Under the pieces are notes generated by a model. The model did not search any database, was not told where the DNA came from, and was given only the letters and a program-made list of their open reading frames with translations. A stretch of 63,764 nucleotides of DNA, the filler included, from Stramenopiles sp. TOSAG23-3 (Eukaryota): assembly GCA_900128585.1 (NCBI GenBank). It is 5 parts of 5 records of this genome, joined end to end, with 100 filler letters (N's around TTAATTAATTAA, not from the genome) between each part and the next. Parts side by side here need not be neighbours in the genome. Positions count along the whole stretch, not along the records: positions 20,040 to 39,776 come from LT642390.1; positions 39,877 to 59,606 come from LT642391.1; 3 more parts are not named here. One strand, given 5' to 3'. The translations under genes were made by a program, and so were the position numbers. The number at the start of each line of letters is the position of its first letter. Position 1 is the first letter of the stretch. Positions 30,401 to 40,280 of the stretch are shown one piece after another.

Positions 30401-33202
30401 ATCAACCACACACTTACAAGTGATGAGGAAATGTATGACAACGTAAACGTTCCATTGATATTGTCAATTGTGAATAATGACGTGGCTGGATTCAAATTGC
30501 GCCCCTACAATTCAAGGACAAAATCGTATCAGGAACGAGTTAGTATTTTGGGGCCATTGTGCGTGAAAGAAAACGAAAATATTACCTATGGTTTTGTTCT
30601 CGATAGTCGCCCGTTGTTCCCCATTACAGTTTTTACGTATGCCGTGGGACACAAAAGGAATAGCCCATTAACTATAGAACCAAAGAAATTTACTATCCCG
30701 CCTGAATCTTGGAATCGGACGGTAGCAATTGCAGCAGCGGTATCCCGTGATCATGTGGATAACAACGAACAATACTTTAGCGTTGAGCACAGGGTACAGA
30801 CGAACGACACGACTTACCGAAAGAACGTTAAAAATGTTACGACTAATCTGCGTGTAACCGACCACGACGACGATGTCAGCGGGATAATTTTTTCACCAAG
30901 TGGGGATGTATTGCATATCACTACAGCGGCGTTGCAAACCCAAACAGTGTCTGTTGAAAAATTCAATACACGCCCGAGTGCAAAGTATGTAAATATATCT
31001 GCGCGATTTGATCAACCAAAAGCGAGTAAATGGTGTACGCTTTCACCACCCTCCGTCTCTCTCAACAGTCAAGATTGGGAAAAGATTACAGCCGCCAATT
31101 TTCAGGTGCATTGTAAAGCGAGCGACATGGTGGCTGCAAAGCATATAGTGCTTCTGTTCGAAAGTGTCAGTGACGATACATTATACAATAGTGAAAAGTC
31201 TTACACAATCATGATAACTCCCCAAAAACCGGTCGTCAATCCGGCAAACAGCATGTTTGCGTTGCAAGTAAGCGTCCCTGAAGCATATCAGAATTACTCT
31301 CTGTTTGAAACAAAACCTGGGTCGAAGTCTTTCAATTCAATGACTGTGATCAAATTTAATACGTCTCTGGCGCGCCATGTCACCCGTATACGGGTAAGGG
31401 TGGGTAATATTTTAGATGATCGTCGGAAGGTTTGGTCTGATTGGTCAGAAGGTTCGAATATTTGGTTAACTGCCAGTGCTTGCGACAGCGAACAGCAATT
31501 CTTAGATGCGCGTGTAACAAATGATTTCAATAAATGGAAATGTGCTATGTGTCCTGTTGGTGCTGATTGCAATGGCCCTAAAACGCAAGAAGATGTTCAG
31601 CCTCTGTTTGGCTGGTGGAGAATTAAAGGTTGGAAAGGGGGTATACCGAGCACTTTCAGTGAATGCATGTTTCCGCCTGCATGTCTAGGGTCACGGAACG
31701 TAGCGTTCAGGGGGAAATATTTTTCCCCGACTGATAATAATGACGACCTCTCCTTAAAGTCCCAAAATGAGAGTTGCAATGAACTGGATGGATACGCAAA
31801 TAAATGCGATCGGAGTGAAGATGGCAGGTGCAGGCTTTGCGGGACGTGCAAGAGAGGCTTTCATCGACGAAGTATAGGTGCAACAAGCCGGTGCGATAAA
31901 TGTCCAGAGGAAGATCAAAATCAGTATTTGATTGCCGCAGGTGCAGCGGGTCTGTTCCTGTTATTTTTGCTCATGCTGTACAACCATATGCAAAGAGGGG
32001 GAAGAAGATCTCGGAGGTCGATGGTGAAAATGATTGTGATTACTTATTTTCAACTGTCATTCATGATCTCAATGATGGACATACCCTGGCCAAACTTGCT
32101 GACCACATACTTTGGAGCAAGTGCGATGGTGAGTACAGTAGGAGAGCACTTGGTTAACTTCCAATGCCAATTTCCCAACACCAATGCTGCAGAATTTGTT
32201 TACGCGAAACAAATTGGGTATGCACTCTTGGTACCTGCACTTTCCCTTCTTACTTATTGCTTTTGGTTCATGTATGCAAAATGCAGTTGTGCCAACTTTG
32301 AATCTCGTGGAAAGAGAAAGCGCTCACCCAGCAGGAAAGACATGGCAGTAACAACCATAGTCTACATTACATACCTGCTTTATCCTAGTATCTGCCGACA
32401 ATCGTTCGCGTTGCTTATGTGCCATTCCGTAGATGGTAAGCTCTATCTCGTTGCCGATCTTCAAGAAGCTTGCTACGAAAACAGGCATCAAATGTGGTTT
32501 TTGTTGTGCACTGTCCCGCAAATTATATTAAATGTTTTGGGAATCCCGTTGCTTGCACTTCACAAAGTGTATAAATACCGCCATTTGAAACCTTCTCGTT
32601 TCCCTGTGTCGCGGTTTCGGTACGGAATTCTGTACACTGCGTATTCACCAACACGGTGGTACTGGGGCTCCATTATCGCATCAAGGAAGGCAATAATTGC
32701 TTTGATCACAATGTTAAACAATGATTCTTTGGAAGTGCATTTTATGGTCGGATATCTGGCCATAAGCATCATGGCTAATGTATGGGGAGAGCCGTACTTT
32801 GGAGCAAACGGGCTTTCAAGGCAAGACTCTCAAATGCTCCAAACGTTTGATTCTAACGCATTGTTAGTTTTATTAATCACTGCTTGGTCGGGACTATTCT
32901 TTCACATGTACACAGATCCCGACTGCAATGTAATTGGGACCATCAGTGTCTGTTCCGTTGTTCAAATATTAGTATTAGTGGTGAACATTTGTTTTTGTAT
33001 TTACGCGATTATTCTTGTTCGCAATGTGGCGCCACCGAAGCGGTCCGTACAAAATACGAGCAAGGGCAACAAAGACAAACAGGGTGGGGGCAACAATGGG
33101 ACGAACCAAAAAGGGCCCGAAATTGAGGGAAACAGCTTCAACAATCCAATCTATGGAATAGAATTAAACCACACGTTCAAAAAATCAGACCTAGAGACCT
33201 GA
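27416..33202 (+). CDS. Giant cell-surface protein: PMP-like beta-helix (GGAI repeats), Cys-rich repeats, IPT/TIG and Calx-beta/Ig-like domains, multi-TM C-terminus; start codon uncertain
   Basis: SGGAIY, QGGAIF, KGGAIF; 'CSVCNQGKYN', 'CAMCPVGADC'; 'FSYHPPNIT'; TM block 'YFQL...IPWP...RYGILYTAYSPTRWYW'. Confidence 0.85.
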   Translation: MVLFWLVALPQCRGVQQWDCQPKDTLNGFVRTVVDNCAVGKLTSNKCNLHDGIDNHPTSICSGWDNCHLELTGEKQHGYAQITRADKTQNYRFLTVGNGGTAVLRRLNITGWQSDANSKSGGAIYVYTNQNANSQVTIMDCFIVGNQASQGGAIFFETGINSPFKSTVSILNSSIYKNTGRNGCAIYGKSSSSLALENTTIFNNSVATGGNSKGGAIFATDGTVITIRHSIICAYEKGAIETEDNVVLKTFNSSFVYNNTARYGACFITGASCGPGEFYKLGIRTTANLKTQPTSSCSVCNQGKYNSEPNSAECDDCPGAKYTKFPSNPKVENHQHVSDCADPPRVLWYTPVNGSTEGNVSTEFHGNFFGSSASTVIELVSARKHHPSLVWRNIVRHNASFFTAISPAGTGVNHRIEIKVDGIKETEAALLFSYHPPNITNLVSPPLLGGTMQIFGHNFGSNTSIIDVSVEGGGCTKPCEIEGLSGNILQCRYNLKVSKTECRSVTVRVDGLSSQPFQYCYETERGEITGIPRSNQHVDEAESYEYHIALSSSVKPESEVAITLSAISTRPNSLPCAVVPKTVIFPAGYNSSVPRLIKVSTSGNLVDEGTGEAVYSCEIIHKVDSTTTDDGYAKAATKKLVINVINDDHADLNLWTFNQETKKYDYEVKFIGPLCSNEGGVTRYGIKLSTEPASPVQIEPTIALQGRNGRVSASPPVLQTIPPSITFDASNWTNISEFQIRSVHDDVDNDREQYRINHNIVTSDKVLLEKVTKNRVVVVLNIDDDDHASIDYHKSVSIEEGGARVTIVVRSLGSKPTSPVQLYATSPPASNIQLHTTHVPFLVSPNSWNNFSWSISVEANMGVLPGGAYVRLRAQSSDPKYNSSWLNSNTSKASKNINLNVKLKERKLNLFLPGGHRVEEGSVYEYTASLTAPLNSNTNFVVIKITTTSDKCEVLDPSFIRLKSRNATTKLKLKLRIMDNNVDEGNTTDPYSTCQINHTLTSDEEMYDNVNVPLILSIVNNDVAGFKLRPYNSRTKSYQERVSILGPLCVKENENITYGFVLDSRPLFPITVFTYAVGHKRNSPLTIEPKKFTIPPESWNRTVAIAAAVSRDHVDNNEQYFSVEHRVQTNDTTYRKNVKNVTTNLRVTDHDDDVSGIIFSPSGDVLHITTAALQTQTVSVEKFNTRPSAKYVNISARFDQPKASKWCTLSPPSVSLNSQDWEKITAANFQVHCKASDMVAAKHIVLLFESVSDDTLYNSEKSYTIMITPQKPVVNPANSMFALQVSVPEAYQNYSLFETKPGSKSFNSMTVIKFNTSLARHVTRIRVRVGNILDDRRKVWSDWSEGSNIWLTASACDSEQQFLDARVTNDFNKWKCAMCPVGADCNGPKTQEDVQPLFGWWRIKGWKGGIPSTFSECMFPPACLGSRNVAFRGKYFSPTDNNDDLSLKSQNESCNELDGYANKCDRSEDGRCRLCGTCKRGFHRRSIGATSRCDKCPEEDQNQYLIAAGAAGLFLLFLLMLYNHMQRGGRRSRRSMVKMIVITYFQLSFMISMMDIPWPNLLTTYFGASAMVSTVGEHLVNFQCQFPNTNAAEFVYAKQIGYALLVPALSLLTYCFWFMYAKCSCANFESRGKRKRSPSRKDMAVTTIVYITYLLYPSICRQSFALLMCHSVDGKLYLVADLQEACYENRHQMWFLLCTVPQIILNVLGIPLLALHKVYKYRHLKPSRFPVSRFRYGILYTAYSPTRWYWGSIIASRKAIIALITMLNNDSLEVHFMVGYLAISIMANVWGEPYFGANGLSRQDSQMLQTFDSNALLVLLITAWSGLFFHMYTDPDCNVIGTISVCSVVQILVLVVNICFCIYAIILVRNVAPPKRSVQNTSKGNKDKQGGGNNGTNQKGPEIEGNSFNNPIYGIELNHTFKKSDLET

Positions 33203-33416
33203 GATGCAAATTTAAAGCCCTCTGGAGATGTACTCGGTACGTAAAATGCCAACGAAGAGTGAAGTAAAGTGGGGCTAAAGTGTAAAAACAATTAATTAAA
33301 TTTTTCTAAACTTACTCGTACACCCTTCCAGTACAAGATTAAAATAATTTTTTTGGTTTCCCTTACACATAAGTTTACAGTTTTTTATGAAGTAATTCTT
33401 AATCTCATCCATCGCC

Positions 33417-36203
33417 TCATTTTGCCGTTGAAAGCCTTGGCAAAATTTCGCGCGTCCGGGGGTTATAATTTACCGGCGCTGTCTTTGCCCGTTGGCGCTT
33501 CTGTCTTTGGCGCTTCTCGTAATATTTTGTTCCTGGTCGGGGCCACACAAAATCTTTAGTGTCCGGTAAGACTCGACCCAAGCCACTTCTGTCAAGTACC
33601 GATGGCCCGCGTGCTTTGGATTTGTGAGTTACGTCACAAATCATTATTTTTTTTCCGTCGTATTCAAAAAGTTCGCCAAGTCCGTGAATTGGGTCTGTCA
33701 CTGCTAAACACAAGACGAGCAAATCACAAACTCTTTCATGGTGCCAAATGCGTAAACGTTCTTTTTTCTGTGCGGAGTAAACACTATCGAGACCATATGG
33801 GTGTTTTTTTACTAATTCAGTGACATGTTCTCGCCGCAGAAGCCCTTGGTAAGCCGTTGCCTTTTCATGGGAAAATCCGCGAATCAGCCAATTATAGCCG
33901 GACCGATACACCTCTACGTAGAGATAGAGCCCACTGACGCATCTTCCGCGACCAAACATTTTAATAACTCGAGCACCATACTCCAGAAAATCCTTCCTCT
34001 CTGCTGCTCTGTTTCTTCCAAATTTTCCTCTTATGATTCTTTGGCATTCAATCGCCTTGGTATGCAAGAATTGTAGCCTGTTTCTTGTACGATTACCAAT
34101 ATAATGAGCTTTAACCGTTGAAATTAACCGTTGCCTATTATTTCTGATTCGGTCCCTGGCGTCCAGCTGCGTTTGAAACTGGAGTGCTTGCTTCCTAAGA
34201 ACTCCGTCCTTTGCTCCTGAAACTCGACTCTTCAAGCGCTTGTCAAATTTCAGAAACGTCCGTTGAATCCTTGCCGCCGCTTTATTCATCCGCGCTTTAT
34301 GAAATTCAACCTGCAGTCTTTGTTCAATGGATGGGATTGCCACTATGAATCCTTGGGATGTTTTAAACAATCGCAAAGAGTCGCATATCTTTTCAATCTG
34401 TGGGATGCCCATTTTCTTAGAGGTATGGACAACTAGCGGGGGGCAACATGCTTCCTGAGCGGAAAAAATTAACCAAGCCGATCCCCGTCGTCGTACAGAA
34501 ATATCGGTGAAGGCGTTTAATTGTTGAATGCTGTGAGTTAACAAAACACTATCGTCATTTTCGGCGATAAACCAGGTCTTAAATAACTGTTGAATGACAA
34601 AAATGTTGTGTTTGCTCGAAGTGTCAGGAGCGAGAGTATGCGCTCGATATAGCAACTTCGAGATGCGATTCTGTGTGAACTTTCGCCCGCTAATATCGTC
34701 CCCAAACCCAGTTCCCATGCCGTAATGTATCACCAATAATGCAACTGCTAAATTAAAAACAGCGTGATGGTCCTGAGGACGTTGCATTATGCATGCAGCA
34801 AATACGTCCCGAATCATCAATCCTATATCCTTGACGATGTCACCAGTGTCGTCCTGGTTCACCAAACGGCGGGCTTGAATTAACAAGGACAACTGACGTG
34901 AAATATGCTTGTTATTCGCGAGGCATAAAATGGCCCGGCTTATATCACGCAGTGCAACTAAATCGTCGATGTTATCAAGTATAGAAAGCGCTTCCTGTGT
35001 ATTTCGATGAATTACGTGCAACCCTAAGGCCACTCGAACGGCAAGAAGGTTATCGTCTGGTTTTTTCTGGAGCAACTTCATTGTCGCCCCGCTTAAGAAC
35101 AGTTTCATGGAACGCCGTTGAACTGCTCGCTCCTGCCGGCGTCGGGCAATAGGCCCCCGAAACCCGAGAGCAGCATATTTTCTGAAAAGGCTTTGAATAA
35201 TTGTTGCGGCAGCCCGCCTTATTTCGAACACTTTTAAGCGAACTCGTTTCCTAGCCAACCCCCCCCGCACAACACGTTGCATTTGAATTATCGAATGCGT
35301 CCTCCGTGCACCTAGCAATATTCTTACTGTTTTCTGAGCAAAATACACACGCACCATTCTTTGGATGCGTAGTGCCGAAAAATGACGAAGGTTTTTCAAG
35401 TCAATTTCTTTTCTGTACCTGATCGCAAACCCTCGAAACAGAGCCTGTATGCGAGTAGCCATAATGCGGTCGCGCAGTCCATTGTACCCATACACGAAAT
35501 TCTGTGCTATGACCATTCGCGCCAAAGACGCTATTTTCGTCGCAGCATGATACTGTTGACCAATTCCCAACAGTTCTTTTAATTCCTTGCCGCGCTTCTT
35601 CATATCAATTTGCAATTTTAGTGCAGACCCACCAGACTCATTCCGCAAATTGTTGATTCGGATAGGGGTGAGACCGGCGCTTGTCCGAATAATATAGTCT
35701 CGTTCCATCTCTTTTTCAAACACGTTTTTGGACGGCGTCGTGGACGGCCTCTGCATCGACTGGGGGCCCATTGTTGCGGAGTAAATACTATCGGACGTTT
35801 CCTGGTCGGAATCCGTTCCCATTCGGCCATCCAAGCTGGACAGTTGACTCCCTCGCGAATGCCCTCGCGAATGAATAGATCTACTCTCTTTGGAAAAATC
35901 CCATCGCCATGGTGGGGTGCTTGAGCGGGGCGGCCGGCTCCCTCCGAGTTCAGGCAGGGGCCTTTGGGCGTACCCGTTACCTGCAGACCGCGATACTCGT
36001 TTGGAAGTGTTGCGAGCCTGCCTAGTTTTCGTTTTCCCAAAGCTCACAGTATTTGGCCTTATTAGCTGGTCTCCTAGACGTTGTTTTACGAGGAGTGGCA
36101 GTTCCACTTCACTAAACCCATTTTCTGGCATGAGAGCGCTGCCTTGTAGGCGGTCGCTCAAGGGCAACAAACGGGGTGAGGCTCTTGTTGCTGGTGGGTC
36201 CAT
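33417..36203 (-). CDS. Multi-IQ-motif (calmodulin-binding) protein
   Basis: ATRIQALFRG, ALRIQRMVRV, IQMQRVVRG, ATIIQSLFRK, AARIQRTF, AIECQRIIRG. Confidence 0.8.
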   Translation of the reverse strand: MDPPATRASPRLLPLSDRLQGSALMPENGFSEVELPLLVKQRLGDQLIRPNTVSFGKTKTRQARNTSKRVSRSAGNGYAQRPLPELGGSRPPRSSTPPWRWDFSKESRSIHSRGHSRGSQLSSLDGRMGTDSDQETSDSIYSATMGPQSMQRPSTTPSKNVFEKEMERDYIIRTSAGLTPIRINNLRNESGGSALKLQIDMKKRGKELKELLGIGQQYHAATKIASLARMVIAQNFVYGYNGLRDRIMATRIQALFRGFAIRYRKEIDLKNLRHFSALRIQRMVRVYFAQKTVRILLGARRTHSIIQMQRVVRGGLARKRVRLKVFEIRRAAATIIQSLFRKYAALGFRGPIARRRQERAVQRRSMKLFLSGATMKLLQKKPDDNLLAVRVALGLHVIHRNTQEALSILDNIDDLVALRDISRAILCLANNKHISRQLSLLIQARRLVNQDDTGDIVKDIGLMIRDVFAACIMQRPQDHHAVFNLAVALLVIHYGMGTGFGDDISGRKFTQNRISKLLYRAHTLAPDTSSKHNIFVIQQLFKTWFIAENDDSVLLTHSIQQLNAFTDISVRRRGSAWLIFSAQEACCPPLVVHTSKKMGIPQIEKICDSLRLFKTSQGFIVAIPSIEQRLQVEFHKARMNKAAARIQRTFLKFDKRLKSRVSGAKDGVLRKQALQFQTQLDARDRIRNNRQRLISTVKAHYIGNRTRNRLQFLHTKAIECQRIIRGKFGRNRAAERKDFLEYGARVIKMFGRGRCVSGLYLYVEVYRSGYNWLIRGFSHEKATAYQGLLRREHVTELVKKHPYGLDSVYSAQKKERLRIWHHERVCDLLVLCLAVTDPIHGLGELFEYDGKKIMICDVTHKSKARGPSVLDRSGLGRVLPDTKDFVWPRPGTKYYEKRQRQKRQRAKTAPVNYNPRTREILPRLSTAK

Positions 36204-37421
36204 GGCAGTCAAACTTTGTCTACGGGTGTGCCTTCAGGGAATCATTATGATGTGAAACAATTTTAAGTTTATGTGCAACCACAATATTCTTTAGAACCTG
36301 ATAACAATGTCGTTGAAAAAAAAAAAAAAATACGAATAGACAAACACAGAAAACAACGAAGCCCGAGAAGAAGAAGAAAAAAACCGCTCGCTATAATAAA
36401 CTACCGATATGAATACCAACAANNNNNNNNNNNNNNNNNNNNNNNNNNNNNNNNNNNNNNNNNNNNNNNNNNNNNNNNNNNNNNNNCATAGATCTAAAAC
36501 AAACAAACAAACAAACAAACAACAAACAACAGCAGCACATCGAAATTTTATCGAAATCGTCATCATTGCTATTCGGTGTCCAAAAGCAGTTATTATTTGG
36601 ACTAGTTTTGGCCTTCGATTAGTCTGTCTATTATATAATATTTATACTACCGGTAGTATAGTGATAGAATATAAATACATCGGTTTCCGTTGTTATTTTA
36701 TTTATTTATACGACGGACTATATTGTTTTTTCCCTTCTTCATCTTCTCTCTTCTCTTTTTGCATTATAAACATTTCAAATGAATTAATTACGCGTACGAC
36801 CATCTCATCTTGATTTTTGGTTTCATATTTTACGCGTAAAACTTGAAATCATTTTCTTGTTTCCCTATTTGACAACACATCATGCCCGTGCTATTTTCCC
36901 CGTTATTCAATTGTGTGAAAACCTTGACTGACAAGCCCTTCGTACGAGGTGTATCATTTTTTTCGGTGTTAGACTACGATGAATAGTACCTGCAGTTAGT
37001 TAGTCCTGCAGTTTGTTAGTCCTTTTTCTTGCGAGAAGATGATGATGATGCTGTTTTTTAGTTTAATACAACTGCAACACCATCCATTATAATAATATTA
37101 TATCAAAAATGAAGAAGAAGAATGCCTGCCTGCCAGGAGGGAGGCAGGAGGAGGCAGGGGGAAGAGAAAACGATGCTGAGATACAATCAATCAACAGTTA
37201 TAGTCATCTTGTTATTCTTATTATTGCAGGACAAATAGAAAGTACATCAAGTCCACTTTGGCCTCGTGACGGCCATAGACGGGCAAATGCATCACCGCAT
37301 TTGTTTGACTCTGTTGAAATTTCTTCTTGGCGTTTTCAGAGTGATAAGAAATTTAAAATTTAGCAGAGATATTTCAAGGCTGTTGTAGTCGTGCTTTTCA
37401 GCCAGCTTGGTTTGGTTAGAT

Positions 37422-38783
37422 ATGTGCAAAAGCTGTTGTCAGTGCATATTTTGTATTCGCTGGGGCAAAAAAGTCAGATGGATGCAAAAGTATTTTAACC
37501 TAACGGTAGTTTTTGCAGCGTTTATACAGATGGCCCTATGCTTTTATGGCGTCTGGTTATATGGTCAAGTGCCTGGTCCAATTGGGAACGCTTTGGTTTG
37601 GACTGGATTTTTCTCTTTCTCAAAGCTTTTTGTCGCTGGAATTGGGTGGTATGGTTTAAAACTGCGACTTGACGAGGAGCGTATGTTCGAAGGCTTCGTT
37701 CAGCTGTCTGTGTACTCTGTAGTTATGATAGCGATTGTATTAGCGCAGCTGGCCATTATCTTGTCGATTTTAATTTTTTTGGGAGACCCAGTCCCGATTG
37801 TGGAAGGTACTGGACCGACTGACATTGCACTCGGAGAGTTCAACAACTTTGCGAAGTGCAAATACAACGACTGCTGCTATAAGTTTGTGTATGCGGTGGA
37901 ATGGGACCGACAAAATAAGATTCGCTCGGCCGGACAGAATGCAACTGGGAGAAGGGCTCTTTTCGATCGGGGCAGCAGCGGAAGCCAGGGTACCTCGGGC
38001 CCTGATGAATACAGTCAATATGGACCTGGCCGGCTCCTCGTTTCAAACGTTAGTTCAGAGGCGCATAAATTTTTCCCAGAAATATGCTTCAAGAATCCCA
38101 AAAATAAATTTCCGGCGTTGGGAACTGGTGAGCGGTTTTGTGGAGATGGCCACTATTGTGAAGTTGCAGTCAATGCGTCAGCAAATGTTACCGCCCTGGC
38201 GCCGGGTACCATACAAATCGGTAGAAGGCGCCTTTTGTCTGCCCCCAGCCCTAGCCCGAGCCCAAATGCAAGTACGTATTCGCCGTCGCCATCCCCTGCG
38301 CCTGCGCCTTCGCCTTCTGAGGGGGAGGAGGAGGAAGACTTTCCCAGTTTAAAAGAAAACGAGTTCGACCCGATTTGTGATGACATCTTTGCGGACGTGA
38401 TTAGTTTAAAAAACTGTAAAAATTACGAAGAATTTTACGAGGCCTTCATAAAAAGTTTTAGGGAGAAAATGGAAAAATTTATCTATTTGATCTCAGGGAT
38501 TTGCTTCATAGAGCTCGTGTGCTTGACGAATTCGATGATGGCAAATTGTTGGTTTTGCGGTCCAAGGGTGAAAGTCGACATCGACGAAGAGTTTACCGAT
38601 TCGGAATCGTCCTCTAGCGACGAGGAGCTAGAAGATGGTTCCATAGTACACCACAGTCACCACAGGCACCATAAAAAGCGCGGTATTTTCGGAGGATTTA
38701 ATAAGATTCTCCCCGGCGGTGAACCCAGTACGAAAATTAAGAAGAAGAAAAAGAGCAGATTTCACCATGTCGGCACCGTTTAG
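37422..38783 (+). CDS. Tetraspanin-like 4TM protein with a greatly enlarged extracellular loop
   Basis: Three N-terminal TMs (GIGWYG; polar Q in TM3), 'CKYNDCCY', TM4 with polar E ('ICFIELVC'), juxtamembrane Cys. Confidence 0.65.
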   Translation: MCKSCCQCIFCIRWGKKVRWMQKYFNLTVVFAAFIQMALCFYGVWLYGQVPGPIGNALVWTGFFSFSKLFVAGIGWYGLKLRLDEERMFEGFVQLSVYSVVMIAIVLAQLAIILSILIFLGDPVPIVEGTGPTDIALGEFNNFAKCKYNDCCYKFVYAVEWDRQNKIRSAGQNATGRRALFDRGSSGSQGTSGPDEYSQYGPGRLLVSNVSSEAHKFFPEICFKNPKNKFPALGTGERFCGDGHYCEVAVNASANVTALAPGTIQIGRRRLLSAPSPSPSPNASTYSPSPSPAPAPSPSEGEEEEDFPSLKENEFDPICDDIFADVISLKNCKNYEEFYEAFIKSFREKMEKFIYLISGICFIELVCLTNSMMANCWFCGPRVKVDIDEEFTDSESSSSDEELEDGSIVHHSHHRHHKKRGIFGGFNKILPGGEPSTKIKKKKKSRFHHVGTV

Positions 38784-39240
38784 TAGCGTTTTTTGTTTGA
38801 GTTATTGCAACCGGTTTGCAGTGTCGCAATGAGCCGAATCTTCCGGCGAGTGTGCCTTTGACTTTGATCGCTCTATATATTCCCTACCATTCGCTTGTTG
38901 TTTAAATTACCTTAGAAATACCCTTTATTTTGTGATGAAACATATGTTCGAATTAAGACTTTACTTGAAATTTTAATGTGACTCATTTGAATCGGCTGCC
39001 CAAACGTAAATTATAATTTTAACATAAAGGATTCGTAAAAATCTACGGTACTCTGTTTCCTAAAAAAAATCGTGTACTGCGTATAATGTCACTCTCTTAC
39101 AATATTGGCGCGGGGAACTGGTAACCAACTTCAATGCGGCCCAATGGCATACCTCTAAACTCTATTTAAATTTTGGCTGCGTAAGTCTTACGTATTTTTC
39201 AATTCGTTCCAGGACAAGATCAGGGGTCGGTCCAACCCAG

Positions 39241-39615
39241 TTAGTGCCGTCGACTGCGCCTGCCCATGGGCCGGATAGTGTCCAGCTGCGACGCTAACTT
39301 TGCCATGGGCATGTAGATAAAAAATACATACACCAGTACCACCACAGACAGTGATACCAGAAACAGCTCTATCTTCTTCAACACCGTCACAGCCCCGTAC
39401 AAGGTGTGCATGAAGTCCCATGTATATTGACGTGTCAGCAAAGCGCCAAGAACAACGCATAGGAACTCCCTAAAATACGGTATCATAATAACTCAACGCG
39501 CACCCTTACGCGCATAGAGGTTCGTCACCGAATCAATACAACGCACCAAACGGACCGCTTACGTCTCTGGGGGGTTTATAATAAAACCATCATTTCTTTT
39601 TGATTGTTTAAACAT
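39241..39615 (-). CDS. Small two-exon membrane protein (93 aa); exons 39615-39563 and 39469-39241
   Basis: ATG at 39615; intron GTAAGC…TTTTAG (39562-39470) joins MFKQSKRNDGFIINPPET in frame to EFLCVVLGALL…. Confidence 0.65.
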
Positions 39616-39776
39616 CCTTTTAAAACTTCTTTCACAAATCAAAATTTAACCGGCGGGCGAAATAATAGGCAATAATATTTTATTTTGATACTACCACCAC
39701 CACTTTTATCATCTTTTGTTGAAGAAAAGAAGAAGAACAGGAGGAGAAGAGGAGGAGAAGAGAAGAGAAGAGAAGA

Positions 39777-39876
39777 NNNNNNNNNNNNNNNNNNNNNNNN
39801 NNNNNNNNNNNNNNNNNNNNTTAATTAATTAANNNNNNNNNNNNNNNNNNNNNNNNNNNNNNNNNNNNNNNNNNNN
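39777..39876. other. Artificial scaffold linker
   Basis: N44-TTAATTAATTAA-N44. Confidence 0.97.
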
Positions 39877-40280
39877 CACATCCTTCCTTCCTTCCTTCCT
39901 TCCTTCCTTCCTTTACTGGATTTACGTAATCCATATATTCCGCTAGTTAATAATATTATAATATCCATCCATTCATTTTTTTCCTTCTTCTTCTTCTATC
40001 TTTTTTTTTTAATTATTATTATTATTTATTTATTAATATTTAAAAAATTATTATTATTATTAATAGTCGTCTCTATTATTATATTAGCTTTTAAATAAAA
40101 GATATTCTTCTACTTCTTCAGTTAGTAAACTTTTGAAACGAAAACAAGAGTAAGGAATAGATGAAGAACTAGAAATTTATACTTTCTGTATGTAGGATTT
40201 ATATATTGTATACTTCAGCGAACAACTTGAACTTCTTGAAAGCGAATTTTTTTTTTATCATCCCCAAAAACAAGCGAACC

